A stretch of DNA of 64,000 bases from Picochlorum sp. SENEW3 (taxonomy: Eukaryota). Numbering within the stretch: position 1 is the stretch's first letter; every line of letters starts with the position of its first letter. The stretch is taken from the NCBI GenBank assembly GCA_034226945.1, contig CP120456.1:620001-684000 (forward strand), given 5' to 3'. Made by a program: the position numbers and the translations under genes. Shown here one piece after another: positions 1-10,814 of the stretch. The notes below the pieces were generated by a model, which did not search any database, was not told the DNA's origin, and was given only the letters and a program-made list of their open reading frames with translations.

Positions 1-1
1 C

Positions 2-592
2 AGCGGTGCTGTTGCTGGGGCTGCTGGGACAGTGGCAAGCTATCCATTTGATCTCTTGCGGACAACGTTGGCAGCACAAGGAGAGCCAAAAGTTTATAAT
101 GGAATGATAGAGGCTGTAAGAGGAATTTATAGGGAGACTGGAGTTAAAGGCTTGTACCGAGGGGTAGGTGTTACTGTGCTTGAAATCATGCCATATGCAG
201 CATTACAGTTTGGCTTGTACGACGCCTTCTTGAAAATTGTGAACAATTATGAGGATAATGCGTCCAAATCAATGCCGATGAAGAACTTTGTGTGTGGCCT
301 TGCGGCAGGGACACTTGCCAAGCTGGGCACACATCCATTAGATGTAGCAAAGAAGAGATTCCAGGTTGCAGGACTGGCTAGATCGATGTCGTATGGAAAA
401 AGAGTTCCAATCACTGCTTCGAAGTCATTATTAGCATGCATGAGCGATATTGCGCGAAATGAAGGATTCGCTGGGTTTTACAAAGGTGCTCTACCAAGTG
501 TATTGAAAGCTGCACCAGCCGCAGCCATCACATTGGCATGCTACGATGTGATCTACGCGTCGCTAATACATGGTAATTCCATAAAGAAATGA
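2..592 (+). CDS. Mitochondrial carrier (SLC25) protein, thiamine-diphosphate-carrier-like; 5' end lies before the window
   Basis: Carrier signatures YPFDLLRT and HPLDVAKKRFQV; GLYRG and GFYKG repeats; frame is open from base 2. Confidence 0.85.
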   Translation, partial: SGAVAGAAGTVASYPFDLLRTTLAAQGEPKVYNGMIEAVRGIYRETGVKGLYRGVGVTVLEIMPYAALQFGLYDAFLKIVNNYEDNASKSMPMKNFVCGLAAGTLAKLGTHPLDVAKKRFQVAGLARSMSYGKRVPITASKSLLACMSDIARNEGFAGFYKGALPSVLKAAPAAAITLACYDVIYASLIHGNSIKK

Positions 593-603
593 TTCTTTAT
601 TAT

Positions 604-1773
604 TTAAATATTTCCCTCTCGCATGATTTTCGACACTATTCTGATGTGTTCTTCATCAAGTGATAAAGTTCTGGTTTTACTCAATTTCTCGTAATCAGGA
701 TCCCCATTATCATGGAACACTCTTTTTATATTGTTCCACTTGTCATGCATGTCGCGATTTGTAAAAGATATGATATCCGTTTTCAACTTTCGATCTTTAG
801 GTTCGAAGTGTGGATCTTTAAGAGGGAAAAGCCCTGCATATTTTTTTGAAGCCTTCTCCATAAGATCTTTCCATGGGTTTTTGTTCATGTAAGTTTGCTC
901 CAAAAGCTTAATCATTGCGTCTGTTCGTTCTTTTGTCCATTTCACAGCACGTCGCTTTGAACCAGTGACAGGAGTTTTCATCTCCTCGTGCACCCTCTTC
1001 ACACCAGACTTTTGGGTGCTATCAGGTGCTGGCAATATTTGATAATGGACACCATCAACATCCTCTCCTTGGAAAATTCTTTGCATTTTCCTAATGCTTT
1101 CATCATCAGAGAATTTAAGATGTGAGAAGGATCCCTGTGCGGCTCTGGCTTTGGATTCATGAATCATTGAGTCTTGAACTTTCTTGTCATTTGAGGCCTG
1201 TATCACAACCTTTGTCGTCAAATGATACTCATTGTCGATAACAAAGTCAAAGCTACTCAAAAAGTTTTCAAACATATGCGGTCCCTCTTCCGTCAGCTCT
1301 ACTTGTTTTCCTTGGCTTTGGACCCAAACCAACTGATACTTGTCAATCTGTGAAAAAACGCCCTTTTTCAAACTTTCCCTGAATATTCGCCTTTTCAAAT
1401 ATTTGACAGATTCATACATAGGGACAGACACTTGCATGGGACTCATTATCAGTGGTACATCCACGATGAATTTGATCAACGCGCCAATTCCTGAGCCTAT
1501 CTTGAAAATGGCATCATCTGTGTTCATCTGCTGGACAACTACATCCAGCTCTTGGGGATCCAGATGAGTCGCGAGAAGAGCAATCTCACTTTTACCTATC
1601 GCATCATTTGACACCTCTTCTTCATTCTCCTCCACTTCTGAGTCGGATATTATTACATCCTGAGGCCGCTCCTCCTGCTCCAGCTCTTGTTCCTCCTGCT
1701 GCTCTTCCACCACGCCATCCTCCTCCTCGTTTATTTCTACTTCCTCTTGACTGTGTGCACTCTCCTCAACCAT
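604..1773 (-). CDS. Acidic N-terminus, possible ubiquitin-like domain and C-terminal Myb/SANT domain (telomere-repeat-binding-factor-like)
   Basis: KWTKERTDAM...W...NRDMHDKWNNI resembles the telobox Myb pattern (W...W...DLKDKWRNL); first ATG at 1773. Confidence 0.55.
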   Translation of the reverse strand: MVEESAHSQEEVEINEEEDGVVEEQQEEQELEQEERPQDVIISDSEVEENEEEVSNDAIGKSEIALLATHLDPQELDVVVQQMNTDDAIFKIGSGIGALIKFIVDVPLIMSPMQVSVPMYESVKYLKRRIFRESLKKGVFSQIDKYQLVWVQSQGKQVELTEEGPHMFENFLSSFDFVIDNEYHLTTKVVIQASNDKKVQDSMIHESKARAAQGSFSHLKFSDDESIRKMQRIFQGEDVDGVHYQILPAPDSTQKSGVKRVHEEMKTPVTGSKRRAVKWTKERTDAMIKLLEQTYMNKNPWKDLMEKASKKYAGLFPLKDPHFEPKDRKLKTDIISFTNRDMHDKWNNIKRVFHDNGDPDYEKLSKTRTLSLDEEHIRIVSKIMREGNI

Positions 1774-2316
1774 TAGTTTAGAATAACGAAAGGCAGTCAA
1801 CCCTGAATCAGTATTCACGAATACCTACTTGCTCACGTTCACTAGGAACAGTCGTAAAGTCTGCCAACAACACACCACTATATCAACAAACGCACCGTCT
1901 AGTCACTATTTTAAGAATTTTAATGATAATTAGCCCTCAGTGTGAGCCTGTCACGCACTTCTACAGAATAGTGAGAAGTGCCAATTTTCAAATTCGAGAG
2001 CGTGTTTTCTCAAACCACAAGAGCGTGGAGCATAGGACACACAGTGGTACAACTAATAAAAATAGTATTCGTTTTAATACAAGCAATTGTCGGTCTGCGA
2101 TACACCCTCATAACGGTAATTCCGAGTCTCGCAATCAGACTGTCCGATTCCCTGTAGTCCAGGTGAGACGAGAATCTGAGTCTTCGCCTTTTCACATGTG
2201 AACAGTGCGATACTGCAACATTGGGAGTAGACAACCACCTAAATACTTGAAATTACATGATAAACATAAAATTCACAGGCTCTTGGGCCTCGTGAGAAAA
2301 CATTCAGCCTGCTGAA

Positions 2317-4001
2317 TTACTGAGAGTAGTTCTCTGGGAGAGAGGTTCCTCCGGATCCAGCCAATGCGGCTCCGGTCATGTACTCGTCAGCAAGCTGCAC
2401 ACGTCTGACATTCTCCTGCTCCTCGACGATCAAGTTTCCGTACTTCATGAGGGTAGCGAGGGACATGGCTGGCTTCTCGAACTCGACCTTTCCTTCGCGA
2501 GAGTTCACAAGGCGGGTTCCAATGTTCTCCACACCAGTGTTTGTGATGAACTCACGGACCTTGTCATCATAGACACGGGCACGGAGGGCACCGAAGAAAT
2601 CAATGGACTGTCCTGGGAAGGCATCGACCAATGTCTCGATATCCTTTGGATCCACGTTGTCGAACTGGAAGATTCCAGTGCACACTCCGATACGGTCAGA
2701 GCGGGTTGGGTTCCAGTAGTACTTCTCCATACGTCCATCACGAATAAGAGGGGCATAGAGAGTGGAGAAATCGTTACCGGTACAGATGATTGGCACACGT
2801 GGAATATCCTCGTTCTTGTACACACCTGGAAGCTGCACATTTGTTGGGTTGTCAGCAATGTTCATCAATGTGGCGTTCACCATCTGGTTGTTCACTGTGT
2901 ACTGGGTGGCATCTCCCATGCGTCCAGCTCCGGCATCGAGATCGTTAATGAAGAGAGCACACATCTTTCCCTTCTTGATGATGTCAGATGCCTCACGATA
3001 ACGCTGACGGATCAACTTGGCTGGCTCTCCGGCGTTTCCAGACTCCAACTCTCCGGCAGACATGACAATTGGGGCAATGCCGAGCTTCTTGAAGGCAAGA
3101 CCGCACTGGAAGGTCTTACCCTGTCCCTTTCCTCCCCAAATACCCAAAATCAATGGAACCTTAATCTTTGGCAAGTCCAGGAAGTTCTTGGCAACGTGGA
3201 TGGAGATCTTGTCCAAGAAAGATGGAGAGATGTAGAATCCATCCTCAATGTTGTTGAAAGAGCGGGCAGCCTGAGAGAGGTACTCTTCAGAGGAGAGAAT
3301 GGCATTGTGGGTTCCATCCTGTCCCTGCTGTCCCTGGAAGAGGGAGTCAACCATTTGACGTCCACGCTGAATATCCTGCTGATCATCGGACATGTCCTGG
3401 TCAGCATCGATTCCCTTCCAACGTCCCTTGTGGGACTTCTGACCGTGGTTGCCAGAAGCCATGGCAACAGTGCGGGCCTGCAATACAAACACAATACATA
3501 TTAGTTCAGTTATACCATATAATTGATAGGCCGACACATGTGGCTCCGTGGCCTCTTCAGCCAACCCAAACACCCACTCCTTAGTGTGACCCCAAAAAGT
3601 CTACTACACCCAGTTCCGTGAACGGGCCCGCCCACAACCACTCCCAGGTCATTCGTCACAAAGGCACCTGCTGCGACATTATTTTAAGATATACATACCT
3701 TGTTGGCACCGAATCTGGATCCCTGGCGGGAAGCGCGGAAACCGACGCTCTTTCCGGTGATGCTGCATAACACACATGTCGCACATGTCAGAACACTGTC
3801 ACCCAACTGCGGTTTTCCAGGAGTACTATGACAAAAGCACTGGGCAATAACTCATATAGAAGGAAAATTTTGCCTCCGAAGTGCGAATGACTTCCCTCGG
3901 AGCCCAAAAACACCGTGGTAGAAACATGGTGCAAGATTCTCCAACAACAAAACAAACACACGAGAAACATACCTTGCGTTCAAAGTTTGGTGTGCAATCA
4001 T
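2317..4001 (-). CDS. RCA: Rubisco activase, 3 exons (4001-3973, 3762-3699, ~3477-2317)
   Basis: Walker [32 protein letters not shown]; spliced N-terminus [37 protein letters not shown] is a transit peptide. Confidence 0.97.
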
Positions 4002-4872
4002 ATTGATAATGTTGAAATATATCCTTGGTTGCAGGAAGAATGCGACTGAAAAAAAGTATCAATTAGATATGTTGTATTGGAGGACTTTCGCAGGCTTATC
4101 ATGATCATCACTGACGAATTCGTGGGTCACCAACATGGCCGAGAGATCCACCGAGATGGAAGATGATCCCAATCAAACTGAGCATTCAATCGAATCCCAA
4201 TGCCCAATCCCATGACGAGAGCCTTCCCAAGAGATCTACGTTTGAACAAGGCCTTGCAGAGTTGGGTTGGTACATAAGGCGCTGCCAAAGCTCTCTAGGT
4301 ATTCTGACAGTATGTCGCATATGATACGCGGAATACGAACCATTTGGTGAATAATAGTGGGATAGTATGTATACGTCGAAAATATCCCGGCAGAAGAGCA
4401 GGCAGTGTGCTTTGTCTACCATACTCTCGCAGAGTACGAGAGTTGGGAGGCTGGGTTCACCAGCTGAAATTTTCAGGCCCTTTGAAGGGGGCCTTGCACT
4501 ATCTCTCCCTCTCTGTGCTTGTACGCCTTTGTCACGTACAGACACCCCACAGTACTCTCTATACATCTCCTTGGTGAAGATGATGTCGTTCAATGGCCCA
4601 CGGTGAGAAGAATCTCCTCTTCCAAAGAAGGCTGACGTGGCAGACACTCCATGCCCCTTGTAGACCGGTCTGGTCCTCCCGTAGTAGTAGGGTCACCTCC
4701 ACTGTTCCCGTGTGTGGAATTACAAGTCTGAAGTACAACCACTTTTCCACTGTTTTTGGCATTTAAGAGGATTTCAAGTGCATAGGAGGAGGCTTAAGGT
4801 CGAAGTAGTACAGTTGCAGCAATTGGCGTGATTTTTGTTTGAGTGTGGTTTGGATCTGTCTGTGAATACGAT

Positions 4873-5377
4873 ATGGATAGTGACGACAGGGATACAAAGT
4901 ATGTTTGTTTTTTATATTTGGGTTACTATGGGTCTGTGGTTATGCTAGGTTTTGTCGTGTACCTCTGAGTCAATATTCGTCTCCTTCTCGGGCACGTGAC
5001 AGTCGGACACGTACTCATGAGGTTTCTGATGATGCAGGGTGAAGATATCGAGCGCCAAAAAGCCTGGAGTGTATGTCGGTGCATCACAGAAAGTGTTGTC
5101 GGAACATGGGATTGTGAGGTTGTCTGCTTTGGGTGCTGCCATGAGCTCCCTGGTGACTGTTGCTGAGATTTTGAAAACCAAAGATCTCGCAGTGGAGAAG
5201 AAAGTTATGATTTCCCTGGAAGAGTTTGAAAATGATGATGAATCAGGAACAACGAGGAGGAAGCCAAAGCTCGAGGTGGTGTTGGAGAGATCGGATAACT
5301 TTGAAGAGGCAGTCAAAAAGGATGAAGCAGAGAGGGCTGAGCGCAGGAGGATTCGCCAAGCAGCAGCGGCAGAATAA
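4873..5377 (+). CDS. Alba DNA/RNA-binding protein, 2 exons (4873-4898, 5038-5377)
   Basis: LSALGAAMSSLVTVAEILK...KPKLEVVL Alba motif; GT-AG intron restores an ATG start. Confidence 0.85.
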
Positions 5378-5410
5378 CATTAAATAGGAGTTTGTTGTTT
5401 AAGACATTTG

Positions 5411-6510
5411 TTACTGAATATCTTTCATCAAAGATTCAAGATCATCATCCTGGATGTCTCCATGGTCGTCATCCTGATCAGGGGGATCTAGGGCATCCTC
5501 CTTGGTCAATTCATCCAAATACTCGTCTAAATCAGAATCTTCCTTGTGCTCGTCGTCGTCATCTTGAACAGCACTGCTATCAATGTCTTCCAAATATTCT
5601 TCTAAATCTGGATCAACCTCCAATACTTTGCTGTCAGAAGTCAACTCGTTATCCCCAAGATCCTCTGTATCACTTGTGGGTACACCATCCTCGAGGTGCG
5701 TCTGATCCACTGGCAAGAATTTAGATACATCGACTCCCGCTGATTCCCCTGCTTTCACCACTGCCGATGAGGCTTTTCGACTCAGGCTTCGAAATTGCGT
5801 CTCTAAATAATCGAATGGCGCAGAATCCTGTTGCTTTCTCCCCATGTTGCTTTCCTTGGGCAGGGGCATCCCCTCCTTCCATGCAAATGCCATACTTGGC
5901 AATGCATCCTTCATCAACTGAAAGTATGTATCCCAAAATTCGCCATCATCCATATATTTGGGACACAAAACGAAACGAAGCTCATCAATCTCCTTGACAC
6001 TGCGCACAAGAAGCATGGCATGCCTCTCCTGCCACGCATTCAAGCGACTCTGATTCGGTGCATCAGACAAAGTCGTGTCATGACTTCTGGTCTGCTGATA
6101 ATCACGAAATGCACTAAAGTCTAGTTGCTTCACGGACTCAATATATTCTTTTGTGATTCCATAGTCCTCCATTTCTCGCACGAGGTCCTCCTGCATCCAA
6201 AACTCAAATCAATGAGATGTTGCGTCAACAAGAGACAGCAAACCAACTCACCTGGCTCTCCATTTTCGCTATAGCGTCCTGTTTCTGCTGCAAACTCATA
6301 GCCTTGAATTGTTTTGAGGCTTCTTCTGCTGTTGATTCCGCGAATTCCTGAACAGAAACACGCCATTATTCCTGTACTAGTCCAATACCAAATTGCAATG
6401 TGTGCATACATGTCTCTAGGATAACGAACCTTGCTCCTCTTGGAGACCATTTCAGCCACATCCCTGGCTTTGGCAGCTGTTTCTAAGGCAGATTTCCAAA
6501 ATGCATCCAT
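5411..6510 (-). CDS. BSD-domain protein with acidic tail, spliced
   Basis: ELRFVLCPKYMDDGEFWDTYF BSD signature; start MDAFWKSALE at 6510. Confidence 0.85.
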
Positions 6511-6689
6511 TTCTACTGGTTCCAACGTCGAACACTTGAACAGAAATGACACTGCGCTTGTCACTCTACCCGTAGATTTACATCCATGATATCATCGATT
6601 TATTCACTATCAAATTGTTCTATTGTTGCCCCAAAGAGGAAGCGGAGATATGATTGCGATGCGTAGATTAAGGATTTCTGCTGTAACCA

Positions 6690-7105
6690 TAAAAAAATAG
6701 GGATTTTCTTTAAATCGGGCCGTCCACTGCGCGATCGATCGCGCAGAAACGAGCCTGCCAATCGAATAAGACACTCTACGACTGTGGGATTTTGCATTTC
6801 TCGCCGGCGGAGGTGACGGGTGCGGGGGGCGGTGTCCGCCGATGTGCGCGATTTCCGGAAATGGGCCGAAAATCGCTCCCTCGCTAGGCCCCGAAATATC
6901 CTCTCTCGGCCCCCGACGAAAAGATATTCCAAAAAAACTGGGCTGGGCTACGGTCCGGGCGGCAACGGGCGTTCCTGCTGCGCGGCCCAGCGCCGCAAAG
7001 GCGAGGTGCCGATACCTCCGAAATTGATTGATGGCGCCGGTGTGCGAGGGGGTAGTACCGGCCGATACTCTCGATCGACCCACCCCCCAGAGTGCCCCCA
7101 ACTTA
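6690..7105. other. GC-rich, hairpin/palindrome-rich non-coding block of unknown function
   Basis: Abrupt GC rise against the flanks; perfect palindrome CTGCGCGATCGATCGCGCAG (6727-6746); ATTTCCGGAAAT (6851-6862); short stems GGCGG-tgt-CCGCC and GAGGT-gccgat-ACCTC; G and C runs. Confidence 0.6.
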
Positions 7106-7152
7106 TTACGGAAACAGCAGTGCCAAAGAAGATGAAAGAAGATTTAATGAAC

Positions 7153-7351
7153 AAGAACCTCTCAGAATCTCTGAGAACATCAGATCAATATTTCATGGAC
7201 ATTCAACAAACATCTAAGATCATCAGAGAACATGTGATCGACATCTGGGAGCATTTGATGAAGCTCTGAGAACATCCAAGGTCATCTGAGAACACCTGAC
7301 AAAGCTCTAAGAACATCAGAGAGCACCTAAGAGCATTTCATGAACATCTAA
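7153..7351 (+). repeat. Degenerate tandem array, about 19 units of 10-12 bp (mostly 10-11), consensus RAGAACATCT
   Basis: Units read directly: gagaacatca, aagatcatca, gagaacatgt, gagaacatcc, aaggtcatct, gagaacacct, aagaacatca, gagagcacct, catgaacatct. Confidence 0.8.
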
Positions 7352-8059
7352 CGTGATGAGAGAAGATTCGATGTAATTGCTCATGTTTAGAGTGATCAGT
7401 ATACTCCTCAAAAAGCAAATGGTTACTGACATGGCACTGATTCTCATGAGGTGCATGAGAGGGTGCTGTCCTGTGAACACTTTGTCAGTCAACACAACTG
7501 CCCTGCATTCAGAGCATGTCCTCCGTCCGCCCCGACCAATATATGTCCCGATATTTTACTCATCGACCTCCAAGACCAAAATCAGGCAGCCCGGATTCTT
7601 TGAGCCCGGCGCGTATGATCAAATTCGGGGGAATTGCATTAGACCACAAAGTTATACATGTATTCCTCCAGAACAGATGGCTTTTTTGACTGGTCCAACT
7701 GTTGCAAAAAACAAATATTTTCATGGTATAGATGAAAAAGTCGGTTCATGAGTGCATTTAGCATGCAGAGAATGAATCAACACCGTCCAAAAGAGTGGCC
7801 GGATCTGAATTATTATCAGCAGGGACCATCAGATGAAGGTTTTCGTCTCAACGGTAGAGCATCAAGAATCTACCTGTGCCCTTTCTCACGGGATGCAACT
7901 TTTTAGCATATTGATACCATCAATATTGCTTCCGTTGGGACTCATTTCCATGGCTGAGTTTATTGAGTGTGGAATCTGATAGGGAGAAGGAAACTGAGAC
8001 CTGCTAACAAATGTGGATCTGGGTCTAATTTTTTTGTACCCACCAAGGGTTGACAGCCA

Positions 8060-9125
8060 AGCGAGTGTTTCAGGTGAGATAGCAATTGTGACCCCATTCA
8101 TAGCATCCTTGCTTCGATCCTATTGATTGAAGACTCGTGTCTCGTCTGTGCTGGACCTGACGTTCCGTTGAAAGAGGACCTGTCTGTTGTCTAATCCAAT
8201 TTCCAAGTTCGCTATGTGTACACTGAGACAGAGTAGGATATATCGGATAGTAGGGTAGCACTAGCATCTCAAATGGAATTAATTTGAAGACAATAAATGG
8301 TGGATTTGACTGACAGGATCGCTTTACAAAATCAGTCCCAATTGAGAATTCTCAAATCATATGAGGGGGACAATGGGACAATCAGAATGCCACGATCGTA
8401 TTGTTGTTATTGATCCGGCCTCACAAAGTCCTTGTGTCCAAGGAATCCAGAAGACTGTTGATTCCAAGCTGGCATCAACCACAAGAAATCACTTTGAGGC
8501 AGATTATCAAGTCAGGAAGCAGTCGACAAATATCAGGAATTATGGCACCAACCATAGCTCACTTTCAGCACCTCCAGTTTACTCCATACCTTCAATTGAC
8601 CTCTCAGCACACAAAAACCAGTATTATATTTACCGATCATATGAGATAAAACAAAAGGATCACGAAGATCTGCCGAAACAAAAGGAAGGTATAGGTTGGA
8701 ATGACATACATCCATACAGTGGGAAATAGAAGGCAAGAAGATTCAAGAAAATAAAACAGCGACCAAAGCGCCAAGAGATTCGCCTATAAGAAAGAATAGA
8801 GCATTCTCTAGCAGTGAAAGATACCGGATTGATGCACACCAAGCATTGCAAGGAAAGGTATGACTGGAAGTGAGCAACTCTCAGGTACCTCAAAGGATCT
8901 CAGATGTATCACGGATACTGCGACCAAACGCTGATATACGAAAAGACAACACCGATCAAAGGACTGAACAACCATATATAGTATGATGAAAGGAATTAAA
9001 GGCGCTTAAGAGCAAGAGAACGGTGATGAGTGCTCCACAAGACATCTGATACTAGCCTCCTGCCCAATACAGAGAAAACAAATTGCACTGTTAATTGCCG
9101 TGGGGACGTTGAATCACATAGACCA
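8060..9125 (+). pseudogene. Putative heavily degenerate Fanzor1/TnpB-like RNA-guided nuclease remnant
   Basis: Collinear motif fragments across frameshifts and stops: DRIVVIDPA (RuvC-I-like, 8394-8420), AY..AFSSS (8782-8815), ATLRYLK.SQMYHGYCDQTL (RuvC-II/Zn finger-like), CPNTEKTNC then WGR..N (RuvC-III-like, ~9060-9116). Confidence 0.45.
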
Positions 9126-9755
9126 TATATTTGATCCATTATAATGATATAGTTTTCTGTAACTGCCTAGGGACTAGGGACATGGCACTGCCTTCAATAT
9201 CGGTGCACACTCGAACTTCTACAGACCTGGCTACAATTCTCTGTTGGTCAACACACCTGCCACGCATTTCGAGCACCTCTTCCGTCGGCAACGACCAACA
9301 TATGTCCTCAAACTACCCTGTCTCATGTTCAAGTCCACAAGAAAACAGCCCGTAGCTTTGGAACCATCTGTGTATGTCCAAATTTTTGAAGTATCCGCAT
9401 CAAACCATACGTTCAAACACATGGGCTGCACCATCCCATCTCGCATGAGGCTGGTCGGTCCAGAGACGCCCCCGAACGAATCCTCGAATCTATGTACGAA
9501 ATTTGGAATCAAGACACAGATCCCGATGAAAGGCAGGTACTCAAAGACAGCATCGCGGGAATGTTTTACAAGTAAAATTTAGCTTTTTCCTTGCGATTTT
9601 TATTAAGGAATCGTTGTTGACGAAACCACAAGAGCCTCAGATCTCACGATACAACCCATTTCAATTACTATCTACGATACTGCAGCGATAGATAAGACAC
9701 AAAGGAGTGTACTATTGCTCAGATCATAACTTGACGCCTTGGCTTTCTGTCCAAA

Positions 9756-10755
9756 ATGTCTCAGGGTTTTTGTAGGACAGGTTTTGATTTGCTTGCTGAA
9801 GTCGCTCATGTTCCTCCTGAAAATATTCCAGTGTTTAATGTACGTTCGTCGATGAACTCGTATCGTGGTAGATAGCGTTCTTTTGAATTCCGTAGACGTT
9901 TGACTGACCGTTCCGAGTTCTAATCCCGTTTTTCAACTGTCCCTATGCAGGACGATGCATTTAGAAATGTCATTGATGAAGTTCAATTGCAGCATGATCA
10001 ATTGAACTCGGTATTTGAGTGCGTCTTATCTCAATGGCAGGTGGAGAGTTTGAATTTGGACTTGCTGACCTTGTGCATGCTATGATTTGCAGAAATGCTT
10101 TTGCCCGTCATCAAGAGAACAGACAACAATCCAGTGCTGAAGCAAGCGAGTCACAAGATGATCCATCTCTAATGTGGTATGGGTCAGAAGCAGAAGCAAC
10201 AGAGGTTATGGTGTACCACACAGCAATTCTGCGAAATAAGCGGCTTTTAATGGCATACACGTACGTCGCTGAAATCTTGTTTGGATTTGACAGTCGACAT
10301 CTTAAAAACTCGTTGTTTATACAGAAAGAGGCGGCTAGATTTGCTCCGTGACTTGAGATGGACCCATGGTGTCATTCCAGAACAAGCCAAAGTAAATGTG
10401 ACACCTCAAGAACAGCACTTTTTTCGTGAATACTCAAAATTACTTTCAAAATACATGCGATCCACGGAGATGGGTGGGGTTGGGCTCGATTTGACTGCTG
10501 TACGTGATGGTGTGCTTTAGAATGTTGACATCTGTGCTGTGGATATATATTTTTTTTGTTTCATGGATTCTTGTATCGGTTTTGCAGGATCCTGATCCAC
10601 CAAATGACCCATACATCCAGGTTCGTGTCATGAAGGACTATGGAGAGGTGACTTTCAGCAACGGGTCTGTTAATTTGAGGGAAGGTTTGTCTCTCTGGCT
10701 TCTGCGAGATGAAGCTCATACGTTGATGATGGAAGGCGTTTTAGAATGCGTTTGA
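9756..10755 (+). CDS. PSF1: GINS complex subunit 1 (Psf1), spliced
   Basis: ILRNKRLLMAY; EQHFFREYSKLL..YM; PPNDPYIQVRVMKDYGEV. Confidence 0.92.
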
Positions 10756-10814
10756 AGTCGAGATGCAATTGCTCAATTTTAATTTATATATTATTTCCAT
10801 GTAATTTTTCCATC

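Noticed and set aside
6600..7269. Several 100-160 aa ORFs over the GC block
   Set aside because: Arg/Pro/Gly-rich frames on both strands, as expected from high GC; no recognisable domain
7153..7351. CRISPR-like array
   Set aside because: Units are about 10-11 bp, degenerate and contiguous; there are no spacers and no cas genes
9231..9512. RNase H-like YTDGSK motif on the minus strand
   Set aside because: A single short motif with no later RNase H catalytic motifs and no RT or integrase nearby
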